Origin: a phage
DNA: 64,000 nucleotides
Strand: one strand, 5' to 3'
Sequence record: PZ674595.1
Shown here: positions 29,143 to 37,938 of the stretch, in pieces
Layout: each line of letters starts with the position of its first letter
Position numbering within the stretch: the first letter of the stretch is position 1
Position numbers and translations under genes: made by a program
The notes under the pieces: generated by a model
Told to the model about the DNA's origin: nothing
Seen by the model: only the letters and a program-made list of their open reading frames with translations
Database searches by the model: none

Positions 29143-29615
29143 AGATGATAGCTGCTGTTGGCCGTAACTATGAGATCGGCATAGCGAACGAACTGCCCTG
29201 GCGTTGTTCTACCGATCTGAAGCTATTTAAGAGACTCACCAAAAACGCCACTGTCGTTATGGGGCGTAAAACGATGGAAAGTCTCAAACGCCCTCTTCCA
29301 GAGCGTCATAACCTCGTTTTGACGCGCTCTCATGGCTTTGTACCAAATGGATTCTACCCTGCTGGTGTGGATGATGTGTTGCGATTACCAGAGCCTGTGT
29401 GGGTGATTGGCGGGGAACAAATTTACTCGCTATTCATGCCGCATGTTGAAGAGATTTGGCTCTCCCACATCGGCGTTGATGTGCCAAACGCCGATGCATT
29501 CTTCCCGGCAAGCATGATGCGTAATTTAGGCTTTGTGCCTGTTGAAACAGCTTATACCCAACGAGCCAGCGAGGAAGAGCCTGGCTTTTCGCAGATCGTA
29601 TACAGAAGGTCGTAA
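29139..29615 (+). CDS. folA: dihydrofolate reductase
   Basis: MKMIAAVGRNYEIGIANELPW, VVMGRKTMESLKRPLPERHNLVLT, VIGGEQIY match DHFR motifs; RBS GAGGTGAG. Confidence 0.85.
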   Translation: MKMIAAVGRNYEIGIANELPWRCSTDLKLFKRLTKNATVVMGRKTMESLKRPLPERHNLVLTRSHGFVPNGFYPAGVDDVLRLPEPVWVIGGEQIYSLFMPHVEEIWLSHIGVDVPNADAFFPASMMRNLGFVPVETAYTQRASEEEPGFSQIVYRRS

Positions 29616-30259
29616 TGGATTACCGGATTGGGATCACTGGTGCTCAGGGCAGTGGGAAAACAACCCTGGCTAAATATATCGACAAACATTACGGAATCCC
29701 TTACGTGGATGCTGGTGTCGGAAGTTTGATGAGCCGCCTCGGTGTTCGAGTAGGTGATTCTATGCCTCTATATGAGCGGCTTCAGATTCAAATGGAAATA
29801 GCAAAGCATATAGAGCTACTTACGCGTGGTGTTGAAGGCTTTGTTATCGATCGCACACCTGCTGATGTTATGGCCTACACGTTGGATTTGGTCGGCCATA
29901 CAAATGAAGATCGGTGTATTGAGTTAGCCCTCGATATCGAAAAGTTTTGCCACAAAACTGCTATTTCAAACTTTAACGCCATTGCTGGCTTACGCCCGGG
30001 AGTCGCTCTCTCAGAGCGAGATTACTTGCGATCACAACGAGCATCATTAGACCGTCTGTATGTCGCTCGTATTGATGCGTTGATGTGCGGGGAACTGACA
30101 AAAATTCACCTGCATCCGCAAAGGGGAGATCTGCAAACCTTCGTCGTTTCCAACCGATATCGCACGGTTGAAGCAAGAGCCAGATCAGTGATGAGAATGC
30201 TAGATAACGCTGTAGAAAAGATAGAAAACCGGTTCTGTGGCCGAGTGACCGTTCATTAG
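29615..30259 (+). CDS. P-loop nucleotide kinase (putative dNMP kinase)
   Basis: Walker A GITGAQGSGKTTLAKYI; follows thyA/DHFR; RBS GAAGG. Confidence 0.45.
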   Translation: MDYRIGITGAQGSGKTTLAKYIDKHYGIPYVDAGVGSLMSRLGVRVGDSMPLYERLQIQMEIAKHIELLTRGVEGFVIDRTPADVMAYTLDLVGHTNEDRCIELALDIEKFCHKTAISNFNAIAGLRPGVALSERDYLRSQRASLDRLYVARIDALMCGELTKIHLHPQRGDLQTFVVSNRYRTVEARARSVMRMLDNAVEKIENRFCGRVTVH

Positions 30260-30320
30260 AAATTGTTCGCCTCTTCGACATTGCGACAATAAAACTCTCA
30301 AAATGGGTTAAGGATAAAAA

Positions 30321-30740
30321 ATGTTTAGTGAAATGTTGCTTGAAGATGAACTGGATCGGAAAACAACAGAGGCTTTGATTCGTGTAGCGGACGAACATTC
30401 CCGGTCGCTTATGAGCGATCGAGAGGCTCGTCTGGCTATTCGTGCCATATTCGAAACTGCGCAGGGGCTTGTTGGTACACAAGTGGGTGAAGCCATTAAC
30501 ATCGCCATGTCTCAGTTCAGTGAAGGCAGTAAAAAGCCTCTGTTTCCTATGCATTTGATGCTGGCTGGTGGCACGGTGCTTTATATCTCTGTTTGTCTGG
30601 ATAGCAACCAAATCAATATTCTCAACACTGTGTCAGGTAAGTGGAAAGATCCGATTGTCTGTGAAACCAGTGAAGAAACTTTGAAAAAAGCGGCTCAATT
30701 TGTACGTAGCGCACTACTTAAGGGCGCTAAGAAGTTGTAA
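30321..30740 (+). CDS. hypothetical protein
   Basis: 139-aa ORF; RBS AAGGATAAAAA. Confidence 0.4.
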   Translation: MFSEMLLEDELDRKTTEALIRVADEHSRSLMSDREARLAIRAIFETAQGLVGTQVGEAINIAMSQFSEGSKKPLFPMHLMLAGGTVLYISVCLDSNQINILNTVSGKWKDPIVCETSEETLKKAAQFVRSALLKGAKKL

Positions 30741-30749
30741 GGAGTTCTG

Positions 30750-31307
30750 ATGACAACGATTGTTGCAGGCATCGATATCGAGTCTACGGGACTGGATTTC
30801 CTTGCTGGTCATAAAATTATTGAAATCGCAATTACCCGCTATGAACTGGAGACACAGAGACATATTGATAGTCTGGAGATGCGTTTTAACCCTCGCAGAA
30901 ACATAGATCCGAAAGCTCAAGCCGTTCATGGCATTTCATTGGAACAGCTCGCAGCTGAACCTTTGTTGTCAAATCATGCCAGCGAAATTGGCGCTTATAT
31001 GGGGGCATGTAGTGTGTGGGTTGCTCATAACGGCGAAGCATTTGATATACCATTTATTCGACACGAGTTTTCAGGGTATGGAGTAAGACTGCCAGAAGTT
31101 CCTGTTATAGATACTATGTTATCGGGATTGTGGGCCACAGAAGACGGTAAACGTCCCCGCCTTGAAGAGTTGGCCTTCTCTCTTGGCTTTATATACGATC
31201 ATGCCAAAGCACATAGTGCCTTATATGACACAAACTTAATGATGCAATGCTTCTTTAAGGCACGTAATAAGTACGGATTTTTTAAATTACCCTCTGAAAT
31301 TGTGTAA
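30750..31307 (+). CDS. dnaQ: DnaQ-like 3'-5' proofreading exonuclease (DEDDh)
   Basis: Exo I GIDIESTG, HKIIEIA, VHGI, Exo II HNGEAFDIPF, Exo III HSALYD; RBS AAGGAG. Confidence 0.8.
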   Translation: MTTIVAGIDIESTGLDFLAGHKIIEIAITRYELETQRHIDSLEMRFNPRRNIDPKAQAVHGISLEQLAAEPLLSNHASEIGAYMGACSVWVAHNGEAFDIPFIRHEFSGYGVRLPEVPVIDTMLSGLWATEDGKRPRLEELAFSLGFIYDHAKAHSALYDTNLMMQCFFKARNKYGFFKLPSEIV

Positions 31308-31310
31308 AAC

Positions 31311-31349
31311 AAAAGCCTACTTTAAAAAGTTTAAAGTAGGCTTTCTTTT
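31311..31349 (+). terminator. Rho-independent terminator (long stem)
   Basis: AAGCCTACTTTA-AAAAG-TTTAAAGTAGGCTT followed by TCTTTT. Confidence 0.65.
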
Positions 31350-31465
31350 AAAGAACAGTCGCCTTTCAATCATTTCCTGCCTGTATTTAATACTTTTCCG
31401 CCTGATAGGTTTAGTCAAAATGTAGCCATCGAAACGCAAATGTAACCAAACAGAAGGAGACTTAC

Positions 31466-32275
31466 ATGAGTTCGGTTGAAAATGTAATGACAAATGATGA
31501 TCTGGACGAGCTGACAGCCATGTTGCAATCACTTGATGAACCAGTAAAAAAAGCTGCACAGGTTGAAAATACTGATGATATTGACGATCTGCTGCTCGGC
31601 CTAGATGCTGGCGTAGCCATGAGTTCTGATGATGTTGCCGAAGAACTGTTCAATGAAGAAAAAGCAGGTGATTTCAGCTCTGCTTTAAATGAGTTGGAGT
31701 TAGCGCATGAGCCTATAAACGTAATTAACGCTGAAAGTGTTGAAGCTGCCGAAAACGAGCCAGAACAATTGGGATTTATTGAGGTTGAAGAGTGTGTTGA
31801 GGTTAATGATGAATTAAAAGTTCAACAGTCAAATGATAGCAATACAAATAAAAAAGCTCGTACTGCAAGAGGTCCTCGTTTTACTTTAAGTGATAAAGAT
31901 GATTCGTTTTTCAATAAAGCGGGCTTAGAAAAAGATATTTTCTTAGACGCTTACGATAACGCGCCTGTCAAAGCAAAGGATAAGATATTAAACCTTCTTA
32001 ATTGGTTTAGCGGAGGTCCAGATATTAGTGTTTACACGGTAATTTCCATGAGACACCTTCTCACAGAAAAGAAGGCTACAAGTAATAGTATTAAGATTGC
32101 TTTAATGAGCAATCCAGAAAAACCGTATCCGCTTAACACTGCGTCAACTCAGGCTGGGCAAATGATGGCTGTATTTCCAGCGACAGGAATTGCCGTTAGA
32201 GACGGTGGAAATCTAACATTGAACGAAGAATCACCGATCGTTAAGAAGTTTGTCGCGGAGTACACTATTGGATGA
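31466..32275 (+). CDS. acidic hypothetical protein
   Basis: 269-aa ORF; Asp/Glu-rich N-terminal half; RBS AAGGAGA. Confidence 0.4.
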   Translation: MSSVENVMTNDDLDELTAMLQSLDEPVKKAAQVENTDDIDDLLLGLDAGVAMSSDDVAEELFNEEKAGDFSSALNELELAHEPINVINAESVEAAENEPEQLGFIEVEECVEVNDELKVQQSNDSNTNKKARTARGPRFTLSDKDDSFFNKAGLEKDIFLDAYDNAPVKAKDKILNLLNWFSGGPDISVYTVISMRHLLTEKKATSNSIKIALMSNPEKPYPLNTASTQAGQMMAVFPATGIAVRDGGNLTLNEESPIVKKFVAEYTIG

Positions 32276-32458
32276 CGTTCCCCTACTGAAAATAAAGCCC
32301 ATAGAGAGCTTTATAGTGCTGGGCAAGCCAATCACATACCCAGCACCACAAAAACGCGCCAGAGAGCTTCTCGTTTGCATTTCTGGCGCGTTTTATTTGA
32401 TTGCCAGACATAAAATCAAATGCAAAAATAGGTATATACTTACCTATCGAGAAAGAAG

Positions 32459-33052
32459 ATGATTGCAGCCGAAAAAATCAAACAGCGAAAGCGCGACAAC
32501 TCTCTTCGTGACCTCTGGAGAACACCTGACTGGCTGTTTTCTGCCATTCAACGTTATCTTGGGGTGACATTTGATGTTGACGTTGCCTGCAACAAGGACA
32601 ATGCAAAGCTGCCTAATTTCATAGGCGTTGAGCGTGATGCTTTGAAATCTGAATGGGGACAGCCAGGTACAATTGCCTTCCTCAATCCCCCCTACTCCAA
32701 AATCTCCCCCTGGATTGATGCGGCTATACGTGAGCAGGCTCGCGGAGTTACAACAGTGATGCTAATTCCTCAATCCCTAGATACAAAGTGGTATGAGCGT
32801 GCAACAGAGTGTGCGAATGAGACGATTATTCTGTCTGGTGGCCGCGTAGCGTTTGTCGAGCCTGACGTCAATCTGGGTCAGGTAGAAGTAAACATCAACC
32901 CAGGTGGCAGTATGCTCGTTGTTTTTCGAGGATTCTGTCAGGACGCTGGGCACTCTATAAGCAAGATCCCTTTGGACGTCATGAAAAGTCTGGGAGGGTA
33001 TGATCCTGCGAATGTGATCAGGAAAAAAAGACCATCAAAGAAGGCTGCTTAG
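32459..33052 (+). CDS. phage-type DNA N6-adenine methyltransferase
   Basis: 197-aa ORF with FLNPPYS catalytic motif. Confidence 0.75.
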   Translation: MIAAEKIKQRKRDNSLRDLWRTPDWLFSAIQRYLGVTFDVDVACNKDNAKLPNFIGVERDALKSEWGQPGTIAFLNPPYSKISPWIDAAIREQARGVTTVMLIPQSLDTKWYERATECANETIILSGGRVAFVEPDVNLGQVEVNINPGGSMLVVFRGFCQDAGHSISKIPLDVMKSLGGYDPANVIRKKRPSKKAA

Positions 33053-33073
33053 TTTGTTCTGGCGTCTGTAATT

Positions 33074-33132
33074 AGCCTGCTTCTGTATATATAAATAACT
33101 ACATATTAATTATTAATATACGGAAGCAGGCT
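33074..33132. repeat. 59-bp inverted-repeat element (19-bp arms), copy 1 of 2
   Basis: AGCCTGCTTCTGTATATAT...ATATATACGGAAGCAGGCT; second copy at 63193-63253 shares an identical right arm. Confidence 0.6.
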
Positions 33133-33237
33133 GTTTTGTATCAGAGACTCCAGACCTGAACATCACTACAGAATCCACTAGAACCCCTTCCCAGACGCTT
33201 TAAAATCGATTTTATGAATCACTTTAAGGAAACTAAC

Positions 33238-33468
33238 ATGTCATACCCGACTAATGTCGTTGCGCTCGTAGAGAGCGATTTTCTGGCCCAGGCCCGTGAA
33301 ATGATGAAAGATCGCGAGCAGGCTTTCAACTTGTACGAATGGGCAATTAAGTGCTTGCATCTTGGGGAGCATCGCGAACTTGTTGAACAGCTTTTAGGTG
33401 AGTTGATCAACGAGGTGTTTGCCTTGAATGTTCAACTACATGGTCGAGAAAATAATCAATCGAAATGA
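33238..33468 (+). CDS. hypothetical protein
   Basis: Track ORF 33214-33468; likely start at second Met (MSYPTN) behind AAGGAAA. Confidence 0.35.
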   Translation: MSYPTNVVALVESDFLAQAREMMKDREQAFNLYEWAIKCLHLGEHRELVEQLLGELINEVFALNVQLHGRENNQSK

Positions 33469-33479
33469 TAGATAAGTAC

Positions 33480-34000
33480 AAACTATTCATAAAGTGAATT
33501 GTAAGTGCTAAGATCTGATAGTTTCCAGTCGTAGACTGGAGACTCGACCTGATGGGTGGGGGTAAGCGTCACTGGCGTCAGGTTTAAAAAAGCTCACTAC
33601 CAGCGTAGAACCGGTGCCGTTTAGGTGTCGGGGAAGGGGGAACCAAAGTGAGCGGAGACAAGGGTCACTTTATGATTGTCGAGTCTGGGGTGTTTCGAGA
33701 GGTTGAATCCAGTACTCCCCTTCATAAAGTGTGGGAAGATCTCGGTTCTGGGGTGCTGTCATCCATAACTTCCCAAGTCTAAGCTGGCAGTAGACTTAGG
33801 CCATAACTTTTCAGGTTATGAAACGACCAGGTTGGTGAGGGATTTTTATACTCACCTCCCTGGGAGAGTATTACCTGAAAAGACAACCTCTCACTTCGTT
33901 CGAGGTGAACTTCACTCACTTCGTTCGTTCAGTTCAGGTTTATAAAAACCTGTTCTGGGAAGTAATTTGTTTATTTTAATAATTATTAACACGCACGCGT
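33480..34000. other. ORF-free structured region (candidate ncRNA or cis-acting site)
   Basis: About 520 bp without any ORF on either strand in a densely packed genome; several hairpins (CCAGTC-GTAGA-CTGG, GGTGAGGGATTTTTATACTCACC, AGGTTTATAAAAACCT); ends with alternating Pu/Py palindrome CACGCACGCGTGTGCGCACGCGCG. Confidence 0.4.
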
Positions 34001-34054
34001 GTGCGCACGCGCGAGGAAAAAAAAATCGGCGCGGCGCTTGATTCAGGAGTTTAT

Positions 34055-34648
34055 ATGACGACGAAGACACCAGCCCGATCGCAAGAAAAAACTCGCAAAA
34101 AAGCCAAAAACAAAAATTCTCCCCGCACCAATTCCACAACGCCTGTCGTAGAGTTCAATCCCCAGCTTAAAACCGTGAAAATCTTCAGTGATGGCTCTTG
34201 CCTTAAAAATCCGGGTGGCCCGGGCGGTTACGGTATAGTTCTCCAGTATCGTGGTGAGGAACGCGAGTTCTCAGATGGTTTTCATAGCACCACCAATAAC
34301 CGCATGGAGATGATGGGGGCACTTATTGGGCTGGAGCGTTTGAAATATCCATGCAACGTTATTTTGCACTCTGATAGCCAGTATCTGAAAAACGGCATGA
34401 CACAGTGGATGAAATGGTGGAAACGCAATGGATGGGTGACTTCTGACAAAAAACCGGTAAAGAATGTTGATCTGTGGAAGCGTCTGGATGAGGCTGCAAG
34501 TCGACATAATGTTCGCTGGAAGTGGGTTAAAGGTCACGCCGGGCATCGTGAAAATGAAATATGTGATCGACTCGCGAAGATCGCAGCTTTTTCCGCAGCA
34601 GATATGCCTCACAAGAAAGATATTGGTTTTGTTTACAACAAGAAGTAA
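34055..34648 (+). CDS. rnhA: ribonuclease HI with basic N-terminal extension
   Basis: [74 protein letters not shown] as in E. coli RNase HI; ATG at 34055 behind CAGGAG. Confidence 0.85.
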   Translation: MTTKTPARSQEKTRKKAKNKNSPRTNSTTPVVEFNPQLKTVKIFSDGSCLKNPGGPGGYGIVLQYRGEEREFSDGFHSTTNNRMEMMGALIGLERLKYPCNVILHSDSQYLKNGMTQWMKWWKRNGWVTSDKKPVKNVDLWKRLDEAASRHNVRWKWVKGHAGHRENEICDRLAKIAAFSAADMPHKKDIGFVYNKK

Positions 34649-34793
34649 GTAAGTGTTTACCTATCATTTTAAATCATGTATCTTATCAGCGTCAGGATGA
34701 CAATGTGTCGGTAAGACACAGTTCCAGGATGGAACGAGAAAGGCGGCTGGCAATCGCCAGCCGCAACTCTTTCTGACACTGGATGGAGTCCAC

Positions 34794-35288
34794 ATGGCAC
34801 GTCAAACCTATTTCACTTCTGCAACTAAACGTCCTCGTTCACTACGTCAAATTTTGGCCGAATTATTTAGCGGTCGTGTTCTGTCACGTCTTGATGAACT
34901 AGAGACTGCCGTTCGGTTGCTGAATGAACGTTTAGATAAGCAAGCGTCAGTTGTTGCGAACGTGGGGGCGATTGTTACCTCTGGTTCTTCACGCGAAGCG
35001 AAAAGTACACGGCCTTTAGTGAAGGAGAAAAACAACAAGGACAGTTCGAATGGAAAATTTTCAAAGAAAGAGGCTGAAACCAATGGCCTACGTTCTCATT
35101 ATAGTTTCACTGGCGACGGTAGCCGTTCCAGCCGGCCAGAGCCTTTTGATGCCGGGTTCATCCATCACCACACCTCCGTCGACGACAATTACCACCACTC
35201 CAGTAGAGCGTCCTGTCACTCTGGATGGGATGACGGTGGATGCGATACCTCAAGTTCATCCAGTTACTCAGGATCATGCTGTGACTAA
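34794..35288 (+). CDS. hypothetical protein; 3' end uncertain (low-complexity C-terminus overlaps an alternative frame)
   Basis: 164-aa ORF; N-terminal ~100 aa look protein-like, C-terminal ~60 aa are Ser/His/Asp low-complexity; overlaps ORF 35050-35301, which has a TM segment. Confidence 0.3.
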   Translation: MARQTYFTSATKRPRSLRQILAELFSGRVLSRLDELETAVRLLNERLDKQASVVANVGAIVTSGSSREAKSTRPLVKEKNNKDSSNGKFSKKEAETNGLRSHYSFTGDGSRSSRPEPFDAGFIHHHTSVDDNYHHSSRASCHSGWDDGGCDTSSSSSYSGSCCD

Positions 35289-35297
35289 GGCGGTTGT

Positions 35298-35495
35298 ATG
35301 AACTGGTTTTCAAATCACTTTGGAAAAACTTGGCTGGCGATTCTGGCTTTCATAGCTCTCATGGCCGCCGGTTGGGTATCGAACATTGTAAAACTCGTTT
35401 GCTCTGGTGATCTCCAGTTTCAGGCTGGTATGACCTTGGCTCGTGTTGTTGGGATTTTTGTTTTTCCAGTCGGTTCGGTACTTGGTTATTTCTGA
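35298..35495 (+). CDS. small membrane protein
   Basis: 65-aa ORF with two hydrophobic segments; ATGA overlap with upstream frame. Confidence 0.35.
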   Translation: MNWFSNHFGKTWLAILAFIALMAAGWVSNIVKLVCSGDLQFQAGMTLARVVGIFVFPVGSVLGYF

Positions 35496-35588
35496 CGGTT
35501 GTTAGTGCATATGCATTGACCGTCTTTTCGTAAGCAATTCATGTAACTAGAAAACAACTTGTTTTAACAAATAACAAAAGGAAAGCAC

Positions 35589-36014
35589 ATGTTAGGTTTA
35601 TTCAAAAAGAAAACTCGTAAAGCTGTTATCGAGGTCAAAAAAATGGAGAACCGAGATGCGGTTGAAGCCACCGTGTGGGGCGCGTACATGATCTCCTATG
35701 CCGATGGCACATGCGACGCAAAGGAAATTTCCATTCTTGAGAAAACAATTGCAGCTCTGCCTGCGTTTTCTCCGTTTGCTGGTGAGATTGCCCAAATGAG
35801 CGCCAATATCCGTGCTCAATACGAAGCCTCACCGCGCCGCGCTAATGCCCAGGCTTTACGTGAGCTGGCTGATGTGGCCGGGACTAATGATGCAGTAGAT
35901 GTACTGTGTCTGTGCCTTGATATTGCCGACCAAGACGGTATTGGCGAACAAGAAGAGCTGGCACTGAAAAAGATCGCACAGGCGCTTCAGTTGTCACTGG
36001 ATGCTTATCTCTAA
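35589..36014 (+). CDS. TerB-like domain protein
   Basis: YADGTCDAKEISILEK and DIADQDGIGEQEELALKKIAQAL repeats typical of TerB; preceded by AAACAACTTGTTT motif. Confidence 0.45.
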   Translation: MLGLFKKKTRKAVIEVKKMENRDAVEATVWGAYMISYADGTCDAKEISILEKTIAALPAFSPFAGEIAQMSANIRAQYEASPRRANAQALRELADVAGTNDAVDVLCLCLDIADQDGIGEQEELALKKIAQALQLSLDAYL

Positions 36015-36172
36015 TGCTTGAGAGATTCCGGCTTGTGACCGTCATTGCTCTTCTGGTGATGGCGGTGTTGGTGGATTTTACGGGAAAGATGATGTCTGTC
36101 ATTTCTGATGGCGTCCTCATTGGTCTGGCGATCTACTTCGCTTATCCGCTAGTCCGTAAAGCAACGTGTTAA
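36014..36172 (+). CDS. small hydrophobic peptide (52 aa), below track cutoff
   Basis: ATG overlaps upstream stop (TAATG); followed by terminator. Confidence 0.3.
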   Translation: MLERFRLVTVIALLVMAVLVDFTGKMMSVISDGVLIGLAIYFAYPLVRKATC

Positions 36173-36173
36173 T

Positions 36174-36202
36174 GACAAGGGCCAAATGGCCCTTGTGTTT
36201 CG
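36174..36202 (+). terminator. Rho-independent terminator
   Basis: ACAAGGGCC-AAAT-GGCCCTTGT followed by GTTTCG. Confidence 0.6.
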
Positions 36203-36311
36203 TTGACCGAAATAGAGAGTTTGCACCTTTACGTTTAGCTTGCTCCCCTTTTATGCCACATCACAATAAAGCCAATAAGAAAACAACTTGTTTAAGCATT
36301 AGGAAAAACAC

Positions 36312-36881
36312 ATGTGCAAGAAATGCAAAGCGATAGCTGATGAACAAAACGCCTTATTCGAAGAAATGGATGCTAATGAACTGGTCAAAATGTTAGCCAT
36401 TCTTCGAGGAATAGAAGACGTTTCCATATTTGAGAGAGTGGTTACAGCACTTAATTTTGAGTCCACCTTTGAAGAGCCAACTCAGGTTGTAGCTTTAGCA
36501 CATCATTTCGGTGTTCATTATCTTGCTGAAAAAGAGCGCGCTGATAAGTTGCAGGCGACTTTGGATATGGTGAGCGAGACTCAACGAACTGATGACACTA
36601 ACAAGAGTGAGGCGATTATTGCCAGCAAAGATCGTGAAATTGCTGGGTTTAAATCCTCTCTAACGATGTTGATGTCTGCGTTCAATCTTATGTCTTCTCA
36701 GGCGGGTTATAAAATGCCATCACTAAACAGCGATGATCCGATGGCCGTTCGTCAGCTTTTGGGAGCAATGGCCGACCAACTCGACGACACAAAGAGTCGG
36801 TTTGAAGACATGATGCGTGAGTTAAGCCATCGACATAACCTCGCAACACAGCCACACAAAGCCTTTCAAAGCTCTAATTGA
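36312..36881 (+). CDS. hypothetical protein
   Basis: 189-aa ORF preceded by AAACAACTTGTTT motif and RBS TAGGAAAAACAC. Confidence 0.4.
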   Translation: MCKKCKAIADEQNALFEEMDANELVKMLAILRGIEDVSIFERVVTALNFESTFEEPTQVVALAHHFGVHYLAEKERADKLQATLDMVSETQRTDDTNKSEAIIASKDREIAGFKSSLTMLMSAFNLMSSQAGYKMPSLNSDDPMAVRQLLGAMADQLDDTKSRFEDMMRELSHRHNLATQPHKAFQSSN

Positions 36882-36936
36882 TCTGATATGGCCGCATGAT
36901 CGGCCATATTGTGTTGATAAAAAACAAGGATGAAAA

Positions 36937-37218
36937 ATGGCATACGGTACAGGGATTTACAACAATAAAGGAATTAACGTTACTGGCTTCCTTACTCCTA
37001 TTTTTTTTCTTGATCGATTTACTGCGTCATCAGGCTCTAAGACGTACTCCAATCCGCCACCGGGTAAATCGCTACATGCCGTGTGGTCATTGATGCCTCT
37101 TAACAACGACAACTACATTAATTTACCTGTTCCAACAGTTACTATTAATGGAAATACGGTTAGTTGGTCAAATTTATATACGGGGCTTGGTTCTTACATA
37201 TACACATACTGGGGATAA
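36937..37218 (+). CDS. hypothetical protein (low G+C)
   Basis: 93-aa ORF; RBS AAGGATGAAAA; AT-rich codon usage unlike neighbours. Confidence 0.3.
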   Translation: MAYGTGIYNNKGINVTGFLTPIFFLDRFTASSGSKTYSNPPPGKSLHAVWSLMPLNNDNYINLPVPTVTINGNTVSWSNLYTGLGSYIYTYWG

Positions 37219-37220
37219 TT

Positions 37221-37835
37221 ATGTTCGGGATGTCAATTACACAATCAGATGGAAGTTTGTGGATGAGTCCAGAATTTACTCCGCAAAATCTGATTAATAA
37301 AGGGACAATGTCTACATCTAAAGGTTCTGTTTTTCAAACATCAATCCCATCAAACAAATCATGCTTTTTCTTCATAAAAAGCAGTAATAAGGCGAACATG
37401 ATGTTTATTCATGAGCATAGTAACGGATACAATGCTCTCAGATTGCATCAGGTAAATGGTAACCCCGGAACAATAACAGTTTATGCTTTTTCTGATATGG
37501 TGTTACCACATTCTGGCTATGGCATTGCCATGTATAACAGCGCAGGCGCAATGGTGTATCACGGTGAGATGATGCCCCTTGATGCGAAACTTATCACTAT
37601 TTCTGACCCTCAATTTACAATAGATATGGGGTATCCATGTGCGGTAATGCCTGCTATGGTTGGGGTATATAACTATAGACGAACCGATTACGACAGACCT
37701 GTCTATGTAACAATGACAGGTGCAACTGGAAACCAAGTATATAACGGTCAATGGTATTCCGGTAATGTCACATGGGATATTAAGAAGATTTATACAAACA
37801 AAATTCTGGTGATAAATACCTCCAAGTATGATTAG
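37221..37835 (+). CDS. hypothetical protein (low G+C)
   Basis: ATG at 37221, 2 nt after upstream stop; Gly/Tyr/Asn-rich; track ORF starts earlier at 37164. Confidence 0.35.
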   Translation: MFGMSITQSDGSLWMSPEFTPQNLINKGTMSTSKGSVFQTSIPSNKSCFFFIKSSNKANMMFIHEHSNGYNALRLHQVNGNPGTITVYAFSDMVLPHSGYGIAMYNSAGAMVYHGEMMPLDAKLITISDPQFTIDMGYPCAVMPAMVGVYNYRRTDYDRPVYVTMTGATGNQVYNGQWYSGNVTWDIKKIYTNKILVINTSKYD

Positions 37836-37938
37836 CCAATGCCTTTATTTGAAGGATTGCCTGTTTATTTCTATTTAGTACCTTTTCATTTTTGAAATAA
37901 TTGCACCATTAAACAAATCACTTCTTAATGGTGCAATT

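Noticed and set aside
33690-33730. tRNA-like T-loop (GGTTGAATCC) in the ORF-free region
   Set aside because: No acceptor, D or anticodon stems could be built around it by eye and the loop deviates from TTCRA consensus; left as part of the unexplained structured region
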